The notes under the pieces are model-generated. The model worked only from the letters and a program-made list of their open reading frames with translations. It was not told the DNA's origin and made no database searches. Shown piece by piece: positions 19,181-28,800 of a stretch of 64,000 bases of DNA (the stretch's first letter is position 1; every line of letters starts with the position of its first letter). Source of the stretch: Leptonemataceae bacterium (GTDB lineage: Bacteria; Spirochaetota; Leptospiria; Leptospirales; Leptonemataceae). The stretch spans positions 3,296,001 through 3,360,000 of the forward strand of contig OZ245742.1 in the NCBI GenBank assembly GCA_965227295.1, given 5' to 3'. A program made the translations under genes and the position numbers.

Positions 19181-21604
19181 ATGACCGCGCCCGCTTTGAT
19201 CATCACCCAGTGTTTGCAGAACGACTTCGTTGCCCCGCTCAATCGCTACGAGGCGTTGCCGAATCAACTGCACGTCGGCTACGACGAGGCACGGCGTTTG
19301 ATCGGCGAAGATCCCCTGGACGGGCCGGTGCATCGCGTCATGGAATGGGCCTACAACACGTCGGCGGAGCAACTGGGCATCGTGCACATCCGCGACTGGC
19401 ACAACGCCGCCGACGAAAAACAATCGGCGCATTTGAATCAGTTCGGTCATCATTGCATCAAGGATACGCCCGGGGCGGACTTCGTCTTTCGCCAGGTGAT
19501 GCAGGGCGATCGAGAGCATCACGTCGTGGACGCGTCGGGACTCAACGACTTCGTGGATACGAACCTGGCGGCGGTCCTCGAACCCTATCGCGGCAAACGG
19601 GTGCGCGTGGGTTTGCTCGGCGTGTGGACCGAGGCGAAGATAACGTTCCTGGCCTACGATCTGATCACGCGTTACCCGGAGTTCGACGTGGTGGTGTGCA
19701 GCGCGCTTACGGCGAGTTCGTCGCGCCAGGCGCACTTTACGGCCTTAGAACAACTTCAGAATATCTTAGGCGTCCGCTCGTTTCCCTCGGTGGCGGCGTT
19801 TACCGAATACCTCACCGGCGAACAGCCCGCCGGGGCCATCGCGGACCGCATTCGTAATTCCCGCATCGACGCCTCGCACTTGAAGTTCGACCCCCCCGAC
19901 TATTCCTTAGAAGACGTTGATATGCAGTTACTGTTGTATCTGTTCCGCGACGCGAAGTCCGCGAACTTTCGCGTGCTGGACGGCGGTTTCTCCGGCAACG
20001 TCGTGCTCGGCGCACAGTCCCTGGATCGCTACGGACATTCCCAGGTGCCCCACGTTGTGAAGATCGGACCGCGGGACAGCATCGCCCGGGAGCGCATTTC
20101 GTTCGAGCGGGTGCAGGAGGTCCTGGGCAACAGCGCCCCGAACGTCGTGGATTTTGCGGAGGTCGGCGAGCGCGGCGCCATCAAGTACCGGTACGCCGGT
20201 ATGCTCGGCGGCGACGTGAAGACGTTTCAGAAATTGTATCAGTCGAACGACAGCGTTGAGGGCCTGCAGCCGCTCTTTCGCATTCTGGACGTCGTCTTCG
20301 TGAAACAGCTCGGCCGGTTCTACGAGGCCGCGGGGCGGGAACGCCTGAATCTGCTCGAATACTACGACTTCCAGGCGAAGTACGCGCCCGGTGTCCGTAA
20401 ACGCGTGGAAGCGCTGCTCGGCGGTCCGGTCCCGTCCCTGGAGGACCTGGACCCCGCGCAGCCCGAGCAGATCGAAAGCATGGAGCTGGTGCCGGGCGTA
20501 TCGATCCCGAACGTCTGCCTGTTTTACGAGCGGGACCTGCCCGACCTGGTTGAGGCCTACGCCGTGCCCCACTACCTGGCTTACGTGCACGGCGACCTGA
20601 ACGGCGCAAACATCCTGGTGGACGCCTCCGGCAACGTGTGGTTGATCGACTTCTTTCATACGCATCGCGGGCACGTGCTGAAAGATCTGATCAAGCTCGA
20701 AAACGATCTGTTGTTCATTTTTACGAAGATCGAAAACGAAGCGGAACTACGCGAGGCCCTGCGGCTCACGGACGTGCTGCTGGAAGGCGAGGACCTCGGT
20801 CAACCGCCGGTCCCGGCACGCGTCGGCGAATTCAAGAGCACTAAGATTCAGCGGGCGTATCTTACGGCGTGCCGCCTGCGTTCGTACTACCCGGAACTCA
20901 TCGAGCTCGACCGCGATCCGTATCAGCTCTACGCCGGTATCGTGCGTTACGCCATGCATACACTTTCGTTCGAAGAATCCAACGAATGGCAGCGGCGCTG
21001 GGCCCTCTATGCCGGTGCCGTTTGCGCCGATCGGATTCGCTCCGCGCTGCGTTTCACCGCGAAGCTGCGGGTGGATGTGGTCGCAACGCCGTCGCGGGAA
21101 GGTCGAGCGGGCCGGGCGGGTGAACTGGGGCTCACGATTCTTCCGGGTCGCAAGGATCGTTCGCGCAAACTGGACGCGGACCTGGCCGTGCTCGACGAAG
21201 AAGGCTTTCGCACGGTGCTGTGTTTGTTGACCGAGGATGAGTTCGAACGTTACGGCATTCCGGAACTGCGGAAGGCGTATGCCGATCGCGGCTTCAGTGC
21301 TCGCTACTTCGCAATTCCCGACCAGAACCCGCCGTCCTCCCTGGCGGAGGCCGATGAGGTCGTCGAGTGGATGGACGGCGTCTTAGGTTCCGGTGAGAAT
21401 CTCTTAGTCCATTGCGTGGGCGGCCTCGGTCGCTCGGGCACCATGGCGGCGTGTTATCTCTTAAAATTCGGCGGCTTCACGGATCCCGCCGCGGCCATCC
21501 AGGCCGTGCGGGAGGCCCGCTCGCCGCGAGCCATCGAAACGCGGCGGCAGGAAGAGTTCATCGAAGAATATGCGCGGTTTGTCTCCGTAGCGGCAACGCA
21601 GTGA
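19181..21604 (+). CDS. Fusion of isochorismatase/nicotinamidase-like domain, APH/protein-kinase-like domain and CDKN3-like dual-specificity phosphatase
   Basis: LQNDF, RDWH, FGHHC; GGFSG, VVKIG, HGDLNGANIL, WLIDF; HCVGGLGRSG (Cx5R). Confidence 0.85.
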   Translation: MTAPALIITQCLQNDFVAPLNRYEALPNQLHVGYDEARRLIGEDPLDGPVHRVMEWAYNTSAEQLGIVHIRDWHNAADEKQSAHLNQFGHHCIKDTPGADFVFRQVMQGDREHHVVDASGLNDFVDTNLAAVLEPYRGKRVRVGLLGVWTEAKITFLAYDLITRYPEFDVVVCSALTASSSRQAHFTALEQLQNILGVRSFPSVAAFTEYLTGEQPAGAIADRIRNSRIDASHLKFDPPDYSLEDVDMQLLLYLFRDAKSANFRVLDGGFSGNVVLGAQSLDRYGHSQVPHVVKIGPRDSIARERISFERVQEVLGNSAPNVVDFAEVGERGAIKYRYAGMLGGDVKTFQKLYQSNDSVEGLQPLFRILDVVFVKQLGRFYEAAGRERLNLLEYYDFQAKYAPGVRKRVEALLGGPVPSLEDLDPAQPEQIESMELVPGVSIPNVCLFYERDLPDLVEAYAVPHYLAYVHGDLNGANILVDASGNVWLIDFFHTHRGHVLKDLIKLENDLLFIFTKIENEAELREALRLTDVLLEGEDLGQPPVPARVGEFKSTKIQRAYLTACRLRSYYPELIELDRDPYQLYAGIVRYAMHTLSFEESNEWQRRWALYAGAVCADRIRSALRFTAKLRVDVVATPSREGRAGRAGELGLTILPGRKDRSRKLDADLAVLDEEGFRTVLCLLTEDEFERYGIPELRKAYADRGFSARYFAIPDQNPPSSLAEADEVVEWMDGVLGSGENLLVHCVGGLGRSGTMAACYLLKFGGFTDPAAAIQAVREARSPRAIETRRQEEFIEEYARFVSVAATQ

Positions 21605-21662
21605 CGACGATGAGTGACGGGACGCCGGGAATCGTTTGTGGTCCCGACGCGCCCGGACCGCT

Positions 21663-22172
21663 CTAATCATCATCGTAACGTTCGGATTCACCCCGCTCTT
21701 TGGCGTCGTGATCCGCCGGAGAACCGGTTGTGGAATCCGTCCGCAGGACACCATGGCGAATCTGGCCTCCTGCGTTTGCGGTGAAGACAACCGCGGGCAG
21801 CGCCATGACGTTGATCGCAATCAGTACGGCGGCCCAGGTACGCGAGACGTCGCGCATTCTGGTGTATGCCAGGGCGACCAGGGCTGCGGCACCGGCGATG
21901 CCGAGGCCGACCAGGGCCCACACGGCCGCTTCTTCGTGCGCTTCCAATAAAGCTTCGCTGGTGCCGATGATGTGTTCGGCGGTTTCTTCGGCCGCTTCGC
22001 CCGCGAGGTACGTCGCGCCTCCGGCGACGGCCACCAGGATCGAAGCAAGCAGGCCCGCGATCCAGAGGTCTCGGGAACGTCGCCAGGCGGCCGCGACAAG
22101 CAACGCGAGGACGACGAACGGTCCCACGGCGGGAATGTGGACAAGGATCAAGTGTGCGTGAATCGCATTCAT
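21663..22172 (-). CDS. DUF2231-like membrane protein
   Basis: HLILVHIP, AGEAAEE, HEEAA, GGQIRH; four TM segments. Confidence 0.7.
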   Translation of the reverse strand: MNAIHAHLILVHIPAVGPFVVLALLVAAAWRRSRDLWIAGLLASILVAVAGGATYLAGEAAEETAEHIIGTSEALLEAHEEAAVWALVGLGIAGAAALVALAYTRMRDVSRTWAAVLIAINVMALPAVVFTANAGGQIRHGVLRTDSTTGSPADHDAKERGESERYDDD

Positions 22173-22300
22173 AAGTCAGATCTCCTTTTTTGCACCGAAC
22201 GTGTCGGGCAGCAGTTTGATCTGATTATGCGCTGCGCGAGATGGATTTACAATAGGACGGATGTACGTGCGGTGGGGACATTTGTCCCGGGCCGGAAAAC

Positions 22301-22552
22301 TTAATCTTCCAGCTTACTTTTCGAAGACTCTCCCGGATACCACAGGAGTTCGATTTCGATTTCACCCGCGGCGGCGCCGTCGCTGCTTTCGCACTGGAGC
22401 TTGAGTCGCATTTCCTCGGGCGCGTCCACCAGGTGGCCGCCGATGCGGAACTTACCGGCTTCCACGGCGTCCGCCAGGCGCCGCAGGCGTTTTGCGGCGC
22501 GACTCCGATCGGTGACGTACTTCGCCTGAAATAACGTGAGTTCTTTTTTCAT
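22301..22552 (-). CDS. Amphi-Trp domain protein
   Basis: RSRAAKRLRRLADAVEAG amphipathic helix and EIEIELLW end motif; ATGA overlap with the upstream paralogue. Confidence 0.8.
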   Translation of the reverse strand: MKKELTLFQAKYVTDRSRAAKRLRRLADAVEAGKFRIGGHLVDAPEEMRLKLQCESSDGAAAGEIEIELLWYPGESSKSKLED

Positions 22553-22815
22553 GCCGCTCCGTCCTCCTGCCACTCGATCGGCCAGCTGAGTTCCACTTCG
22601 ATTTCAAAATGTTGCGGCGCCCCGAATTCCGCGGGCGGGTCCTCGTGTTTCTCTTCCAGTTCGATCTTCATGTGAAACGTTTCCGGAATGGCCAGGCCGT
22701 CTTCGCCGGGTTGGAACGTGCCGCCTTCGATTTGAGCGGCCAGTTCGCGCAGGCGTGCTGCGATCGCCGACCGGGAGGATTTTTGAAACGAACGGAATTC
22801 CAGATCGCCGACCAT
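22549..22815 (-). CDS. Amphi-Trp domain protein
   Basis: RSAIAARLRELAAQIEGG and EIEVELSW; AGGAG RBS upstream. Confidence 0.8.
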   Translation of the reverse strand: MVGDLEFRSFQKSSRSAIAARLRELAAQIEGGTFQPGEDGLAIPETFHMKIELEEKHEDPPAEFGAPQHFEIEVELSWPIEWQEDGAA

Positions 22816-22868
22816 GCGAGTTAGATCTCCTGAGTGCCTTACCGTGTCAACGTACTCAACAGGTTAAC

Positions 22869-25800
22869 TTAAGAAAGTTTCGCCGTTGTTGCAGGCTTAA
22901 GGTATTCTCGCGCGGCCTTGCTGAAGGCGAGCATCATCTTTCGTAAATCGCCGCCGTAGCGCGCGGGATCGGGGCCGCGATTCTGGGTCCGTGCCCGCTG
23001 CAATTCGTCCCGGCGTTCGTCTTCTTTGAACGGATTCCAGAGACCGAAGCCGATGTTGTTTTCGATGAGTACCGGTTTCCAGTCGGTAATGTCCTCGGGG
23101 CCGGCCCGGCTCGTCGCGCCGTTGTCGGCGAGGACCGTCATGGATGTGAGCCGGTCCGCGATGCTGCCGACGCCGTCCCGCGCATATTCGTAACCCACGA
23201 TTTCCGGCGTCTCGATGAGTTCGTCGTCTCCGCCGATGCGCAGCACCGGCGTGTCCAGAAAATCGTGCATCATGTAGCGCGGCCGGCTGTACGGATGCCC
23301 CGTTCGATCGTGTCGCTCACGCAGACGACGCCCCAGTAATTGCTGATGATCTTCAATTACGCCGGGATCGTCCGGAGATGTCAGGCGCGACCACAGTGCG
23401 TCCGAGCGTAACTCGATGGCGTGCATGCTGGCCAGGGCCGCTTCCCGGCGCCGGCTGGAGATCGTCTCCGCGGTGGCGGCGTCTCGCGCAAAGGCCGGCC
23501 GCCACTTGAACAACACACCGCCCCGACCGACGTTGGAGACCGCGGCCCGGGACGCCACCGTGAGTTCCAGCACGTACTCCGGTGCTTCGTCCACGTAAAC
23601 GACGATCACGCGTGAGTAAGCGAAGAACTCCGCGTCGGCCGGCGCGGCGATGCCGTGTTTGCGAATGAGTTCCTGGCGCAACCGGCGCAGGTACTCCGGC
23701 GACGCCCACGCCGCGGGATTCGCCGGGATGAGTCGTTGCAGTACCTGGTCGTCGATCCAGCCGACGCGCGCCATGTTCCGCGCCTGGGTGAGCACGTTTT
23801 CCTCCAGCACGTTGCCGGCCCCGTCCCGCAGTTGGGCCGGGAAGGCCAGGCGCCCGCCGGACTGTCGCGCTGCTTTCGAAATGCATTTCCAGTGAAAGTG
23901 AGTGAGGCCGCCGGGAAAACGAGCGCTGCCCCGGCTGAGTTCGGCGACGATTTCGTCTTCGTCCCGGGGCGTGCCGTCCGCGTGAAACTGGTATGATTTT
24001 TTCCAGTGCAACTCCTCGGGTACGCTGACGCCGCGGCCGGGGGCGTGGATGCGCGCGTGTTCGAGTTTGTCGTACATTAAAATGTTGTGAATCCAGGCTT
24101 GTACCGACGGCAGCCCGATGCGTTCGTCGAGGCCCTGCAGGTAATAGGGCGCGCCGTGGAACGGAAAGGACAGGCAGTTTCGTAGCGGTCGTTCGAAGCG
24201 TACGCCGATCATCACGCCGCGCGGTTCGTCTCCGGCGTTTGCATGAAGTCCCGGCGGCAGCGTTAAGTGCTTTTGATGTTCACTCAGTCGGCGAAAGACT
24301 TCGGCATCCACGTACATGAATCCGTGGGGGATGCGCAGGCTTTCGTCATTCTCGTCGAAAAGCAGGGCGCGGCCGAGCACCCAGTTGCACGCGTCTCCGG
24401 GATGTTCGCGGTTGTAGAGCGGGTTTTCTTCGAAGAACGTTAAGAGATGCGGTCGACCCGGCGGGCAGACGATGGCCACGGCCGGACGGTTGCCGTCGTC
24501 GAAGAGTTCGGCGGCCTTGCCCGCGCTGACGTCAAAGATCCCCCGGGCCCGGTGGCCCTGCTGATCGACGTGAGCCAGATCACGCTTGTGCGTGTACCAG
24601 AACCATTCGCGCTCGTGTAAGGGATCACTCGCGGCGGGCCCGCCCACCGGCGGTGTCTCCGGAGTGCCGAGCAGGGCATCGACGTAAGCCGGCGGTGCCT
24701 GGCGCAGATACGTGCGCGAACGAAAGAGGCGATCGAAGTAGCGACCGAGCCAGCGATGTTCCTCGACCTGAATTGCGAAGATCTCTTCGCGGGTGAAGGG
24801 CGTCCCCTCGCCGAGCCACGATCCCATGATGTAATCGTAGTCGCTGAAGCCGCTGCCCGCCATCGGCGAGAAGATGCGCCAGGGGTAATCGAAGACGTGG
24901 TCGTAGATCGTCTCCGCGAAGAATTCGGCCACCGCCAGATGCAGGCGGCGAGAGATAGTTTCCTGCTCCGTATTAAGTTCGTCTGAGGTTAAATTAAAAA
25001 GATCCGCGGTCTTGATCAGGGCGAAAAGCACGTCGAAGAGACCGGCTACGCGCGCGACAGGTCGCAGCATATCCTTTTGACCGGCGCAGCGGTAGGCGAG
25101 GCGGCCGAAGTCTCCCGGATCGTCACCGCGGCCGGCGAGTTCCAACCAGGCCTCGGCCTCGGGATTGCGGCCGGCGTCGAAGAGCAACCGACCGCGCGTG
25201 AGCATCGCTCGTTTTTCCGGCGTGTCCTCGCCCTGGTAACATTCTTCGACGATCGCGTGAAAGGCCCGTTCAGTAATCGCCAGAAATTCGCCGCAGCTTT
25301 CCCGGGCGATGCCCTGCGTCTCCGGACCGAGGTCCACGCTGTTCAGTATTTCCGCGGCGCGATCACACAGGGCTTCCACGGTATTCGGCGTTGCGTCGGC
25401 CAGGCCTTTGCGATAGCCGCTCACCTGGCGACGAATGGATCGCGCGCGCCTCTGCAAAAGATGGCGTTCGAGAGCGCTGCCCGCGGATTCGTCGACGGCT
25501 TCTTCGCGTTTCTTAATGGAAGTGCGCTCACCGTAGACTTCCCGCATGGCACCCACCGGCGCCGTGTACTCCGGGCGCACGAAGCATGCTTCGACGCGTT
25601 GAACCGCATCGGGTCCAAAGCCCGCGTGCTCATCTTCTTTGCCGTTCAGCCGCCGCGTCGCCTCTTCGAAGCGTCGCTTTTCCAGGGCGACCTCCGCTGC
25701 CGGGCGGCCGTTGACCAGGAAGAGCCCGCCGGCGACGAGCCACAAACCGTAATCCAGCGTACCTTTGCCGGTGAGCAGATGAAACCAGCCTTCGCGCATT

Positions 25801-28800
25801 AAGGCATGGCGTTCGGACCAGTTGTAGAACCCGCCGCCGCGCCACCATTCCGCGGAGTGGATGGCCAGCTCTTCTTCGTCCCGGGCCTTGCGGTAACGAT
25901 CCCGGGCCAGTTCGCGGATGACGGTCAGGCATTCTGTTAACTTCTCTTTATCGCCGGCTAAGAGGGTGTCCCGGTAGGCGGCCGCGGCCTCGCATTCTTC
26001 GCGGACGTCGCGCTCGTAGTACTGTAGTTCGTCGAAGCCCACTGCCGGTGACAGATAATAACCGCCCAGGGACAGCCAGGTCTTGATCGCGGTGCGGTCG
26101 AGGGCGGTCTTGCGGCCCTGCACCGGGGCGTCGAAGAGAATGAGAGCGCTTTCGGGCCGTCCGTCTCGCATGTCCGCTGCCGCCCGCGGCAGGTCGTCCA
26201 GGATGGTACGCGCGCTATTTCGCCGGGGATGGCGTTCGATCTCCACCCCCTCGTCTTCGCTGCCGGTGAGTTCGTCGTAGTGCACGATGACCGGCAACAC
26301 GTCGGAACCGCGGAAGGCCTCGCGCAGATCGGTGCCCGGCCCGGCACGATACTCGGGATTCTTGAGGCGGACGTCGAAGACGAGGGCGTGCACCAGACCG
26401 CCCAGGGGTCGTGCGAGTTCCGCGTAACTTTCGTCCGGTAGATCTTTGAGGGTGGTCCAGGAGCGGAGGCGAGCGCCGTAGGTCAGGCAGTTCGCGTCGA
26501 TCTCCTCGTCGCTCATGGACCAGGCAGGGTTCGCGCCGCGCCGGCTGTAACGTGCCAGGCAGGCGTGAATGAGCCGCCGCACCCGATCGGCCCAGGTGGA
26601 AAGCGTGCTCCCGGAAACGTAGTTGTAGACGGACTGCGTGGACATGTTGAACGGCGTGAACAGGCGGATGTCCGCCGGGGCCGAGGTCCGCGGGTATTGC
26701 TGCGCCAGATCCCGCAGGTCGTCGTCGCTCAACTCCCGGCCGTCGTCGTAGAGGCGCTCGGCCAGTAGCTTACGCTGAGTTGTATCTTGTGCATCGAAGC
26801 CGTTCAACAGTAATTGCGCCGTCGCTTCACCCTCGCGATCCAGGCTGGAGTAGATGTGTTCGAGCAGGTGCCGGCCGTCGTGCACGCCGGCGGCGGCCAT
26901 CAGCTCAAACATGCGCAGGCCCATGCTGAGTCGCGCATCGGAGACGGGTTTGTATTCGACGGGCAGCGGGATCACGGCGTCGGAGTAGGCGGGGCTTTCC
27001 GGGCGACGCTCGCGAACGATGTCGAAGGCCTGGCGCAAAAGAAAGATGAGGCTGACCGGCACGAAGCGCATGCGCGACTCGAGCACCTGTAAGATCTTAC
27101 CCTGATACACGCCGTGCACGGAACGCAGGAAACCGCGCGGGTCCACGCGCGGGTCGCGCACGCCGATGCGGTCCGCCGCGGTGAAGAAAGCCGCGGAAGG
27201 CAGCATGCCCCGCGGATGAAAGAGCGAGGGTTCACCGCCGGCCTCGAAGTGCTCGGCCGGTTCGAAGCCCGGTCGACGTTCCGCCGCTTCCACGGCGGTG
27301 AACACACTCTCGCAGCGTTGCGCAAAATCGCGGACGGCGGTTTCGTTCATGACGCCGGAGAGACGATCGGTTAACCTGCGGCGCAGAGATGTTAGCGAGG
27401 ACCAGCGATCCACCGGCAGGCCGGCGTAACGATAGACCTCGTCCCGGGTAATGACGTTCACGAAGTACCAGTAATAGATGTCCTTGGGTTGACAGAAACC
27501 CGTGGAACCCGCACCGCCGGGACGGACTTTGATTTCCGGGCGTTCGGTGCTGTCCGCGGCCAGGCGCTGGAAGTGGCCGACACCGATGGACAACTGCAAC
27601 GCCTGGAAGATGTGCGTGAGGGCGAGCTGGGCTTCCATGATGCCGTTCTCAAACGGTTTCGATTCTTCGGCGTGGCGTACGTCTTCGAAAGAACGCACGT
27701 CGTAATTGTAAAGATCGTAAAAGTTCTCCATGGCGATGCGGGCCGCCCGGTCCGCGGGGCCGATCCACTGCGGCCACTCCTGCACGCTGATGCGTTCCCA
27801 GAATCCCAGGTCCACCCGCGACGGGCCGTAGCCGCGATGGTACTTCTTGTTGCCGCCGCGCGCCTCGTACGAAAAGAGCGGATCGTTCTTGAGCACGAAG
27901 AGCGGCAGCGGCTCGTCCTCGATCGTGCCGGGAGTTTCGCGGTACTCGTCCTCGCGGATCAGCGTGCCGTTCGTGCGCAGACGATAGCGCAGCAGCACCT
28001 CGTCGCGATGAGTGCTCATGCCGAGATCCAGCTTCATGCGGATGATGCGCGGCAGGCTGTCCTCGCTCTGGCCGGCCGTGTACCATTCCATGGTGGGTCC
28101 GAGTGCGTGTTCCTGGATTGCACGCTGCCGGGCCAGGATGCGCAGCTCGTTCTGAAATTCCAGCCCGTACACGGGGTGATTCTGAACGTCATTTTCCGAC
28201 AGAACGCCGTCTTCGATGTCCCAGCCCAGTTCCGGGTTGCGCCGGATGATTTGTTCGAGCGCCGTGCCCCGGAGTTCTTCGCCGTGATTTGCCAGCGCCG
28301 CCTGCGCCGCCGGCGGTTCTTCCGCGTAGCGTCGTTCGCGATGCGGCAGGCTCTGCCAGAGAACGAAACGTTTGGCCGTCTCCCGGCTCACGTCCCGGTT
28401 GCGCAGGATGAGCTGCAGCACCGCGCGTTCCACGGCGGCCTCGGAATCGTCGGCACCGCTCTCGCCGATGATCTCGTCGATGCGATAGTCCAGGCGAAAC
28501 TCCTCGATGACCGAGCGGCCGATCTCCGCAAAGTGCCGGCGAGTTTCTCCCAGGTGTTCGCGGGCTTCTTCTTCTAAGGTACGACCGCCGTAAGTGAAGG
28601 CCGTGGTGAGATTCGTGCAGGTCATCTCGTCGTCGAACCAGAAGCCGGCGCAGAGATCCGTAAGGCCGGCGGCCTGAGTCGTCAGCACAATCCAGAGCGG
28701 TACCGAACGACGGCGGCGGAGCGCCAGGTCTTCGCGGAGAACCGCGTCGCGAATGTCCCTTGCACGAAAGGTGTACGCAGTCGAACTTAAGGCCGTATCG

